Origin: a bacterium
GTDB taxonomy: Bacteria > Electryoneota > JAOADG01
Assembly: GCA_963681965.1 (NCBI GenBank)
Contig: OY820579.1
Coordinates: 1,216,001-1,280,000 of the forward strand
Direction of reading: 5' to 3'
Length of the DNA: 64,000 bases
Position 1 is the stretch's first letter; each line of letters starts with the position of its first letter. The position numbers were made by a program, and so were the translations under genes. Of the stretch, positions 30,580-40,900 are shown one piece after another. The notes beneath the pieces were generated by a model. The model did not search any database, was not told the DNA's origin, and was given only the letters and a program-made list of their open reading frames with translations.

Positions 30580-32856
30580 ATGATTATGATTAAGCAACGA
30601 CTTTTATGTTCTGTTATGCGAACAGTCTATCTAGTTCTGGTTATTGGGTTTGCGATTCGGCAAATCGGCGCGTCGGAACCGCCTCGCAAATTCCGATTAC
30701 CAGATACCGGACAGTCAGTAAGTTACACGGACACTTTCGGTGAAGATGCCGATTATAGTTTGAATCCTCCTGTACTGACGAATAATGGCAATAGCACAGT
30801 TACAGATGGTGTAACGGGTTTGATGTGGCAGGCAATCGATGGTGGTGAGATGACTTACGAATCTGCCGTCGCTTACTGCAATAATCTAGTGCTTAGTGGT
30901 TTCAGCGATTGGCGATTACCGACACCCCATGAGTTATTTTCGATTCTGAATCTGGGAAGACAGAATCCTGCTATCGATACTCTATATTTTCCGAACACTC
31001 AAGCAGAATATTGGTGGTCGAGTGATCGACAGGTCGATGATACCACGAAAGTTTGGGTTGTGAATGCCGGTGGTGGAATTGGCAATCATTCGAAAAGCGA
31101 AACGATCAGTGCCGGTGGTATCCGGCGTATTCATGTTCGCGCAGTGCGAGATGTTCAATCCAAAATGATTGGCGATCGCCACTTTACCGCAAACACTACA
31201 ACAGGCATTGTTATCGATCAATTCACCGGCTTGATGTGGCAGCGATTGGTTTCACCAGATACCCTTACGTGGGAGGCTGCCCTTCAGTACGCAGAATCGC
31301 TGACACTCGGTGGGTACTCCGATTGGCGTCTTCCTAATATTAAAGAATTGCAATCGATTAGCGATGAACGGATTCATCACCCTTCACTCGATACAAATTA
31401 CTTCACACTACCAAATCTGAGATATTACTGGTCTTCGACGACGCTTCGCGGAACGACAACCCGTGCTTGGTATCTCGATGACAACTACGGTATCACTACG
31501 TACGCCGAAAAAATTCGAAGTCTAGGTGTTATTTGTGTTCGGGGAACATCTACTACACCACAGACGACACCGGAGATGATTTACCTGAATGGCGGTGAAT
31601 ATGTAATGGGAGATCATCACAACTACGTCGACCCACAACATCCTAGTGATGAGCGCCCTCTCCATACTGTTGTTGTCGACTCATTTTACATTGCGAAGAA
31701 CATGGTCACCAATCAGCAGTACTGCGATTTCTTGAATTCGGCGTACGCACAAGGATTACTCTCAATTTCCAATGGACGAGTAACTGGAATAGGTGATACG
31801 AATACGTATTTTCTAACCCGCATATTTGCAGACTACAGCAGCATCGGGTGGGATGGTACGCAATTTTCGGTTATCGACTACCGGAGCAACCATCCAGTGG
31901 TGGGTGTGCTTTGGTTCGGTACGATTGCCTATTGCAACTGGCTAAGTGGACAACAGGGTTTCCAATCTTGTTATACACTTTCCAATGGAGATTGTAATTT
32001 CACACGGAATGGTTACCGACTGCCGACTGAAGCCGAATGGGAGTATGCGGGGCGTGGGGATCAAAACAGTCCCTATTATATCTTCCCGTGGGGAGACGAT
32101 TCGACTTCGCAAAATCATGCGAATTGGCCCAGTTCAGGCGACCCTTATGAGACAACTGCGAATCCGCAATCGACTCCAGTTGGATTTTACGATGGCACTA
32201 GGCACTACAAGTATGAGTTTAACTGGCCGGGTGCCGCAACCAACTATCAGACCTTAAACGGTTCCAATCCATTCGGGTTGTTTGATATGGCGGGAAATTG
32301 CTGGGAACTAATTAACGACTGGTACGGACAGAATTACTACAGTGTCAGCACTTCGAACAATCCCACTGGACCGACTAGTGGTTTTATCATGCCCGATGGT
32401 AAACCGTATCGCGGGATGCGCGGCGGCAACTGGTACAACGGACAGTGGGGGCACTCGCGAGTTGCCAATCGCAATCCCTCTTACTACCGCGGTCCACAGG
32501 ATCCCAATCATCCGTGGTACCATGTCAGTTTCCGAATTGCAAGAAAAGGTGCACCGGTATCTGATGTGAAGCAAACCGGAACGCAGATTCCGTGTTCCTT
32601 TGCGTTGCTACAGAATCATCCGAACCCGTTCAATGCCACAACAACAATCTCGTTCAATTTACCTCACAGTGGTAGAGCCCGATTGCTCGTCTATGATATC
32701 ACCGGTAGAGAGATTATGACTCTATTAAACGGTGAACAAACATCAGGTAGTCACCGGATTGTATTGAATGGATCTTCCCTCAGCAGTGGTGTCTATTTCT
32801 GCAAGCTGACTCAGGGTTCAAACGAGCAGATGATTAAAACTGTTTTACTGAAGTAA
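30580..32856 (+). CDS. Secreted protein: two DUF1566 (Lcl) domains, FGE-sulfatase (SUMF1) domain, secretion tail
   Basis: DxxTGLMWQ...DWRLP twice; YRLPTEAEWEYAGRG, NPFGLFDMAGNCWE, RGGNW; HPNPFN tail. Confidence 0.85.
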   Translation: MIMIKQRLLCSVMRTVYLVLVIGFAIRQIGASEPPRKFRLPDTGQSVSYTDTFGEDADYSLNPPVLTNNGNSTVTDGVTGLMWQAIDGGEMTYESAVAYCNNLVLSGFSDWRLPTPHELFSILNLGRQNPAIDTLYFPNTQAEYWWSSDRQVDDTTKVWVVNAGGGIGNHSKSETISAGGIRRIHVRAVRDVQSKMIGDRHFTANTTTGIVIDQFTGLMWQRLVSPDTLTWEAALQYAESLTLGGYSDWRLPNIKELQSISDERIHHPSLDTNYFTLPNLRYYWSSTTLRGTTTRAWYLDDNYGITTYAEKIRSLGVICVRGTSTTPQTTPEMIYLNGGEYVMGDHHNYVDPQHPSDERPLHTVVVDSFYIAKNMVTNQQYCDFLNSAYAQGLLSISNGRVTGIGDTNTYFLTRIFADYSSIGWDGTQFSVIDYRSNHPVVGVLWFGTIAYCNWLSGQQGFQSCYTLSNGDCNFTRNGYRLPTEAEWEYAGRGDQNSPYYIFPWGDDSTSQNHANWPSSGDPYETTANPQSTPVGFYDGTRHYKYEFNWPGAATNYQTLNGSNPFGLFDMAGNCWELINDWYGQNYYSVSTSNNPTGPTSGFIMPDGKPYRGMRGGNWYNGQWGHSRVANRNPSYYRGPQDPNHPWYHVSFRIARKGAPVSDVKQTGTQIPCSFALLQNHPNPFNATTTISFNLPHSGRARLLVYDITGREIMTLLNGEQTSGSHRIVLNGSSLSSGVYFCKLTQGSNEQMIKTVLLK

Positions 32857-32896
32857 CAAAGCCTTGCAGAGCGACATCACGGAAGGAGCCGATATT

Positions 32897-34597
32897 ATGA
32901 GAAATTTGCATCGAATAATTTTTGCCATTCTGGCAACAGCCACATTTTCATTGGCACAACCACGAACAGTAGGTGTGATTGTCAATGATACATCGCTGGC
33001 ATGGCAGGGATATACTCTGCTCGCGCCGAAACTCAATTCTGCGACCTATCTCATTAACAATGAAGGTAGAATTGTTAACCGATGGACACGATCCTCCTAT
33101 CCTCCCGGACAGTCAGTGTATCTGCTTCCCAATGGGCATCTTTTGCGTACTTGTTTTGTTCAGGGCTCATTGAGTTCCGGTGGTGGTGAAGGTGGAAGAT
33201 TGGAGGAATACACTTGGGGCGACACACTGGTCTGGTCGTTCGACTATACCTCACAAAACTACGTCTCACACCACGATATTCGGGTCTTACCGAATGGGAA
33301 TATTTTATTACTTGCGATTGAGAAGAAAACCTATGCTGAGTGTGTTGCGGCTGGTTTCAATCCCGCTCGGATTCCCGATGTACAATCACGCGGATACATG
33401 CTTCCGGATTATGTAATTGAGGTTCATCCCACTCTCCCTACCGGAGGAACGATTGTATGGCAGTGGCATACATGGGATCATCTGATCCAGGACTTTGATG
33501 CGACAAAATCGAATTATGGAACACCTTCTCAACACCCGGAGTTGATCGATTGCGATGGCGATGGCAGAAATCTCCCGGTGTTCTGGAATCACATGAATTC
33601 AATTACCTATAGCCCTGCGCTTGATCAAGTATTGCTCAGTGTTCGGGGTAATAGTGAAATTTGGGTAGTCGATCACAGCACAACAACCACTCAGGCTTCA
33701 TCTCACACTGGTGGTACACACAATCGCGGTGGTGACTTGCTTTATCGCTGGGGTAATCCAACTTGTTACGGTTCAGGAACTGCCACCAATCGTCAACTTT
33801 TCGAGCAACATGATGCTGAGTGGATTCCTGCCGGTTCACCGGGAGCAGGTCATATTACGATCTTCAACAATGGATTGAATCGTAACTACTCTTCCGTTGA
33901 CGAGTTCATTCCGCCCGTGGACAGTGCTGGAAACTACACCTTCACTGCTCCGCGATTTGGTCCGACATCGGCAACGTGGACGTATACTGCCTCACCGCCA
34001 TCAGCGATGTATGCCGCGGATATCTGTGGTGCACAGCGTCTACCGAACGGTAACACACTCGTTTGTTATGGAACGAAGGGCAACCTCATTGAAGTAACTT
34101 CCACGGGTCAAACCGTTTGGTTCTATACAAATCCGGTAATCAATTCCGGACCGGTGATGCAGGGTGATTCCATCACTGATGATCCGACTCATCCCGGGGA
34201 ACGATTGAATATGGTTTTCCGTGCAAACCGCTATGCACCGACTTATACAGGATTTCAAGGTCGCGATTTAACACCGGGGAATTTCATTGAAAGGTACCCC
34301 AATGCAGTCGGCGAAAGTAGTACTAGAATACCTACTACACTGTCGCTGAACAGTTGTTATCCGAATCCATTCAATGCCGTAACGCAAATCTCGTTCACAG
34401 TTCCTAAGACCATGTACCTCAATTTGCAGATTTTCGATATGCAAGGACGAAGTATTGCCACATTGATCGATGCCAATACATCCTCGGGATCTCACCGCAT
34501 TGCATTTGATGGAAAGCTGCTGTCAACCGGTATCTATTTTGTTAGACTGAGTGGATCCGGCATTGTGGATACCAGGAAACTTGTGCTACTCAAGTGA
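32897..34597 (+). CDS. Arylsulfate sulfotransferase (ASST) family protein 1 with secretion tail
   Basis: HHDIR, WNHMN, SVR, QHD motifs, AQRLPNGNTL; GGAG RBS before MRNLHR; YPNPFN tail. Confidence 0.82.
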   Translation: MRNLHRIIFAILATATFSLAQPRTVGVIVNDTSLAWQGYTLLAPKLNSATYLINNEGRIVNRWTRSSYPPGQSVYLLPNGHLLRTCFVQGSLSSGGGEGGRLEEYTWGDTLVWSFDYTSQNYVSHHDIRVLPNGNILLLAIEKKTYAECVAAGFNPARIPDVQSRGYMLPDYVIEVHPTLPTGGTIVWQWHTWDHLIQDFDATKSNYGTPSQHPELIDCDGDGRNLPVFWNHMNSITYSPALDQVLLSVRGNSEIWVVDHSTTTTQASSHTGGTHNRGGDLLYRWGNPTCYGSGTATNRQLFEQHDAEWIPAGSPGAGHITIFNNGLNRNYSSVDEFIPPVDSAGNYTFTAPRFGPTSATWTYTASPPSAMYAADICGAQRLPNGNTLVCYGTKGNLIEVTSTGQTVWFYTNPVINSGPVMQGDSITDDPTHPGERLNMVFRANRYAPTYTGFQGRDLTPGNFIERYPNAVGESSTRIPTTLSLNSCYPNPFNAVTQISFTVPKTMYLNLQIFDMQGRSIATLIDANTSSGSHRIAFDGKLLSTGIYFVRLSGSGIVDTRKLVLLK

Positions 34598-34613
34598 TGT
34601 AACGTGAGAGGAG

Positions 34614-36344
34614 ATGATCATGAGTAACGATATATGTAAAATTGCATTGATGATCGGGATACTGCTATTCCTATCGTTCGCAATGCAATCAGTCGCGCAC
34701 TCACAGCCTCGTACGATGGGACTAATGCTGAATGATACTGCATTAGCTTATCGTGGATACACTTTGTTAGTACCCAACAAGTATTCGGATACTTACCTGA
34801 TCGACAACGATGGTCGATTAGTACATTCTTGGACGGCAAGTACCTATCCACCTTCTCAGTCGGCTTATATCCTGCCAAATGGTCACTTGCTTCGAAGTTG
34901 TAAAATACCGAGTGCGATCAACACCGGTGGTGTAAGTGGTGGGAGGATTGAAGAATACACTTGGGGTGACACATTGGTGTGGTTTTATACCTATTCTACC
35001 GACACTACTCTTCAACACCATGATATCCGACCGCTTCCCAACGGAAATGTTCTGATGCTGGCGGTTGAGAAAAAAACGTACGCGCAGTGTATCGCAGCTG
35101 GTTTCGATTCGGCACGAATTCCCCAGATTAGAACAACGGGATATATGCTGATCGATATGGTAGTGGAAGTACAACCGACTTATCCATCAGGTGGAACGAT
35201 TGTGTGGCAGTGGCATACTTGGGACCATCTAATTCAAGGTCGTGATTCGTCTAAAGCCAATTATGGCAATGTGGCTGCGCATCCGGAATTGATCAGTACC
35301 GCAGGAAATGGTGGTAATCTCAATGTATTCTGGAACCACATGAATTGCGTGACCTACAATCCACAGTTGGATCAGGTGATGGTGAGTGTTCGCCAAAATA
35401 GCGAATTGTGGATCATCGATCACAGCACTACTACGGTTCAGGCAACATCTCATACCGGCGGTCGTTACGGACATGGCGGAGATTTACTTTACCGCTGGGG
35501 TAATCCGGTCTGTTATTCAAATGGAACAAATGCCAATCAAATGTTGTTTCAGCAGCACGATACTGAATGGATTACACCAGACTGCCCCGGAGCAGGTCAT
35601 ATTACCATCTTCAATAACGGTCAGGGAAGAAATTATTCTTCTGCCGATGAAATAACTCCTCCGATCGATAGCCTCGGTTTTTATTCGCGTGGAACTGGAG
35701 CTTTCGGACCGACGCAAACAACATGGTCTTATACTGCAACTCCGAATACTGCTTTTTATGGTGCGAATATTTCAAGTGCACAACGTCTCCCGAATGGAAA
35801 TACGCTCATCCTGAACGGTCCGAAAGGAACGATGTTTGAGGTGACTACAACCGGGCAGATGGTTTGGCAGTATATCAGTCCGGTAACAAATCTGGGTCCC
35901 CTATATCAATACGATACGATCCCGGACGATACCTCCAATGTTGGAACGAAACAAAATCTCGTGTTCCGAGCAAACCGCTATGCACCGACTTATGCAGGAT
36001 TTCAAGGTCGCGACTTAACACCAGGGAATTTTATCGAAAGGTACACCACTGCAGTTTCGCAGCCGGAGCATGAATTACCTCAATCGATCAAGTTATTCGA
36101 TTGCTATCCCAATCCATTCAATGCTACTACTGAAATTAGATTCGATGTACCCAAATCAACACAGGTTTCACTCCGAGTATACGACATGCTTGGGCGAAAA
36201 GTTGCTGAACTTGTGAATGATCGAGTGGCAACTGGAACACATCGAGTCTCATTCGATGGAGGTAAAATTGCGACCGGTGTGTATATCGTCAAATTGGAAG
36301 CCGATGGAAAGTTGGCGGTAAAGAAATTGGTACTGTTAAAGTAG
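34614..36344 (+). CDS. Arylsulfate sulfotransferase (ASST) family protein 2 with secretion tail
   Basis: Paralog of the upstream gene with the same motifs; YPNPFN tail. Confidence 0.82.
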   Translation: MIMSNDICKIALMIGILLFLSFAMQSVAHSQPRTMGLMLNDTALAYRGYTLLVPNKYSDTYLIDNDGRLVHSWTASTYPPSQSAYILPNGHLLRSCKIPSAINTGGVSGGRIEEYTWGDTLVWFYTYSTDTTLQHHDIRPLPNGNVLMLAVEKKTYAQCIAAGFDSARIPQIRTTGYMLIDMVVEVQPTYPSGGTIVWQWHTWDHLIQGRDSSKANYGNVAAHPELISTAGNGGNLNVFWNHMNCVTYNPQLDQVMVSVRQNSELWIIDHSTTTVQATSHTGGRYGHGGDLLYRWGNPVCYSNGTNANQMLFQQHDTEWITPDCPGAGHITIFNNGQGRNYSSADEITPPIDSLGFYSRGTGAFGPTQTTWSYTATPNTAFYGANISSAQRLPNGNTLILNGPKGTMFEVTTTGQMVWQYISPVTNLGPLYQYDTIPDDTSNVGTKQNLVFRANRYAPTYAGFQGRDLTPGNFIERYTTAVSQPEHELPQSIKLFDCYPNPFNATTEIRFDVPKSTQVSLRVYDMLGRKVAELVNDRVATGTHRVSFDGGKIATGVYIVKLEADGKLAVKKLVLLK

Positions 36345-36365
36345 GATTTCCTTGGGGAAGATTCC

Positions 36366-37185
36366 GTGAGAACATTGTTCTTGGCGTTTGTTGCGATTTT
36401 TCTAATTGCAACGACTACTTCGATTGCTCAAACTCGCACAGTCGGTGTGATCATCCACGATTCGTCACTCGCATGGCAGTGTTACACTTTGATTGCTCCC
36501 AAGCTCAATACGATGACCTACTTGATTGATAACAATGGTCGAATCGTCAATGAGTGGACTAATTCATCTTACCCTCCGGGTCAATCTGTTTATCTGCTTC
36601 CGAATGGACATTTACTTCGCAGTTGTATGACACATGGTTCTCTTAGCTCCGGTGGTGGGGAGGGCGGGCGGATTGAAGAGTATACGTGGGGGGATACGCT
36701 TGTACGGTAAATGATACAGTCATGTCGCACCATGATATTAGACCGCTTCCTAGCGGCAACATTCTCGCGTTGCAAACAGAAATCCCTCATACTACCGTGG
36801 TCCCGACGATCCGAACCACGCATAGTACTATGTCGGATTCCGAATTGCACGAAGAGCCACGATTGCTGTTGTTTCGGCACCAACAACACCAGATAGCTTA
36901 ACAATCGTTGTTTCGAAGGGAAGCGTGACCCTGTCATGGTTACCTGCTTCCGGAACGATCACTGGATATCGAGTTTATCGAAGTATAACCGGATACTTTA
37001 ATCCACCCGAGGCTGGAACGTTGATCGGAACAACTGATGCTGGCGTCACCACATTCACCGACATTACTACAGGTACTGAAGCATGTTACCGAGTAACTGC
37101 TTTTTACGGGTACAGTTTAGTCAACACCGCTATTGGTGAAAAGGAAATTGGAAGAACAGTTTTTCCTGTGAACCGGAAGAAATAA
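36366..37185 (+). pseudogene. Chimeric pseudogene: ASST N-terminus fused to an FGE-sulfatase C-terminus plus an alternative C-terminal domain
   Basis: ASST start to EEYTWGDTLV, frameshift, then MSHHDIRPLPSGNIL; from 36760 HSRVANRNPSYYRGPDDPNHA*YYVGFRIARR (matches the end of the 30580 gene; TAG at 36823), then PDSLTIV...GYRVYRS...CYRVTA. Confidence 0.85.
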
Positions 37186-37916
37186 TGAAAATCGCTAATT
37201 GATACAAATCTTCGACAATTAGAAAATTGGTAAATTCTTGATCGATTAATGAATTTTTCGGCTGTAACTCCGTAACTTAAAAAGCAGTTTATCAACCGAA
37301 AACCACTGATAATCTCGCTAGAAAGTTTAGTCAGTGCAACGAGTCGCGGTGGCTCCCTTTACTGTCTTTGAACAGCTTTTCATTGTTTTGGAAATGCCAA
37401 TTATCAAAATCATGAAAACTGAAGGCGACACTGACCTTATGTACAAATTTCGATTCTTTCTACCCTGATTGATATAAATGAATGATTTTTCTACCTGCCA
37501 ATCAAAATAGAATTTTGATGAATTATCCTGCCATTTGTGTTAGATTTGTCTTTTTCGTTCGTCACGCCGAATAATCGATCTTACTTCGATGAATTCAATA
37601 AATTCAAGGATTTTGCTTGAATGTACCAGATGCGTTATCTTTAAGTTATATAAATAGGGTTTCAATGTTTCCTCCCAACAAATTTCACGACTGGTATGAT
37701 CCACGGTTCGATCAACCGTGCGAAGCGATAGAAATAATCCTGTTGTAAGATTACCCAATGCAAGATTGCGTTGGGTTTTTTAATATGTTTCTGCTAACTC
37801 GTGTTATCATAAGTTGAAAAGCATGAGTAGAAAGAATAATAGATATTGTCTGCCCTCTGAAACCTTGACTCTTAACATTTGAACTAGGGTACGTTCTGAT
37901 ATGAATTGGGGGAACT

Positions 37917-40900
37917 ATGCGTTTGTCCATATCAATCTACCTAGCTATGCTCCTTATTTCACAACCACTCGCTTCCACGCTGAAACCGGGCATCGATTAT
38001 ATGCCGAATCTCATCGAATTCAAGCTGACAGCCGAATTCAATCGCACAGTCAATAAAGCATCCGACGGGCATATTAACTATCCCACCGGCAATAAATCAA
38101 TCGATGTAATGATGCAGAAATACAACATTAAACAACTAAAACCGATCTTTACATTCGATCCGATTTCACTCAAAAGCGAGCACTTTTGGGCACTAGGAAT
38201 GGATCGGTACTACCTCTTCCGCAGCGGTCTCAGCAAACCATCGGCATTCGGTTCCGAGACGGTACTGGATGTGTCGACTGCGCTCAAATCATTGACATCG
38301 TTGATAGAAGAAGCCGATCCGGCTGCGATCTATCAACCCTGCTACACGCCAAACGATTGGACGATTCAAAGCAACCCGTACAGTCCTGGCGATCCCATGT
38401 GGGGACTCGATTCGATGCATTGTCCTCAGGCTTGGGATTACTGGCGGGGCGACCCGAACAGTAACCCAGTCTTGGTGGTAACGATCGATACCGGTGTTGA
38501 CCTTTACCATGAGGACTTGGTAGCAAACTTCAAAGTCAATACCGCAGAAGACCTGAATCACAATGGTCGCTACGATGAAAATGATCTCAACGGGATCGAT
38601 GACGACGGCAATGGTTTTGTGGATGATGTTGTCGGTTACGATTTTGTCGATAACGACACATATTGGCTTTCCGGTGTCCAAAATGTACCGGGAGAAGATT
38701 ATTCGCCGCGCGATGGCACTCCGATGGATTTCAATGGTCATGGTACACACGTGTGCGGTACGGTTGCCGCTCATACCGACAATACTGTTGGTGTCCCATC
38801 TGCATCTTACAGTGTCAATACGATCGCGGTTCGAGCTGCACTTGCATGTCGACTTAACGGTACGAATAATCTGACCGCACGCTTCGTTAGCTCGGATGTA
38901 GCACCAGCAATTCAGTATGCCGTCAATCGCGGAGCTCGTGTCCTGAGTTTGAGCTTTGGTGGCAGCTCAACATCGCATGCCCAGGAAGTCGCCTTAGGGT
39001 ATGCTCATCATCAAGGAAATTGTCTCCCGTTTGCTGCTGCTGGTAACGATAACACATCAAATTCAACTTATCCGGCGGATTATCCCGAAGTTTTGAAGGT
39101 CGCGGCATTATCGTTTGGTAATGTCAAAGCCGACTATTCGAATTATAGCTCGAACGTTGCTGTTTGTGCCCCCGGCGATGTAATCCTGTCAACCACAGTG
39201 CGTAATTCTTACAATGTAAACAACGGGTATGGGCTATCGTCCGGTACTTCGATGGCGTGTCCGAATGCGGCGGCGGTGGCAGGTTTCATTCTTTCGATGG
39301 TTCCCACTTTAGACCACGATACACTTGGGGTCGTGATGATGCGAACCGGACACGACCCATCGCAATGGAACAACTCCAGTTACAACGGAATGCTGGGAAA
39401 GTTAGTTGATGCAGCGGCTGCGATTCGAAGTTTACGTCCTCTCGGACTAACTTCACCGGTTTATGATTCGCTGACGCTTACGGTCGGGAACGCACTTGTG
39501 CTCCAGTGGACTTCGGTACCAAGCATCACTACAACCCGCGTCGAAATCAATCGCAACTACCCGACCGGCGCATGGCAAGTCATCTGCGGGAATGCACCCA
39601 ATACCGGGTCTGCGGTCTGGATCGTCGATGGGATCGCCGGCGACCACATGCGATTTCGAGTGCTTGATGCCGATAACCCGAGCCAGAATGGCGATACGAC
39701 CCGAGTCGACTCGCGCGTCATGGCGCAGCGGCAGTTGCCGTTGATTGAAAACTTTTCTCTTCACTCATTTCCACCACCGGGATGGACTATCGTACCGACA
39801 CCCGAGATTTTATTATCGGGTTGGAGCCGGTACGATGGCAACAATGGAAATAACGGCGTCGCCAGTTGTCCGACCAACTACTCGGTGCGACGAAGATACG
39901 AACTGTGGTCACAGAGTTTCTCAACGATAGGTGTTAGTGCCGTTACCGTAAGGTTCAAACTATCCTGTTCGCTCTCCGGAAATGATCAGTTGGATGACTC
40001 GTTGATGATCGCGTATGAAGCTAATCCGCAATTGCCTTATCAGGTCGCCGCGGTTAAGCGTACACGTGGCACCGGCGACGAATGGATTTTCTATGGTACC
40101 GGAGGCGATGTCAATACTCCCGCGAGTTCGGATTGGGGAACGTGGGAAGTTCAACTGCCGAATTTCGCAACGCAATCAAGTTCGGTTCGCATCGGACTAC
40201 TCGGGACCAATTACCGAACCGACCGACCGAATTTCTTTATCGACGATTTTGAAGTTCAACCGTTCGCGCTGGTCGTCGGACCTTCAATGTGTTGGTATAC
40301 TGCGCTTACCGGTAACTCGGTTTCGCTAGCATGGGACAATCTATCGAACAACGAAACCGGCTTTCTAGTGCAGCGTTCGACGGATGGTGTGAATTTTGTT
40401 ACGCGTGGAACAACGAATCCGAATGTAACATCGTTCACGGACAACACGCTCATACCGGGTACCATGTATTACTATCGTGTTTTTGCGCTGAGTGGTACGA
40501 TGCAATCGACGCGTTCGGCGGCGTTAACACTCACAAGCCCCCCGGCAATACCACTGGCACCAATTCTGGGAAATGTCGGTACGACGATGCTCGAGTTGAC
40601 ACCCCGTAATGCAGCGAACAATGCTAACAATCCCGGTATCGGATACATGATTTATGTGCTGGATGATCAAAATAACTGGTGGGTACAAGGTGATAATACG
40701 CTCGGCTATACTCCCGTTGCACTACAACTTTCGGAATGGGGAACGCGGAGGATTACGGGCTTGACGCCCGGACATACAGTGCAAATTGGTGTCCATGCTA
40801 CAACTACCGATCATGTCTCATCAGCAATGTCGCCGACCGTTACCGCACAGCTTGTCACCGCGTGGAACCCGCCCTTAGTGCAGAACTTTGGGACAACCGA

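Noticed and set aside
37186-37916. Short minus-strand ORFs upstream of the S8 protease
   Set aside because: AT-rich, fragmented, no recognisable family
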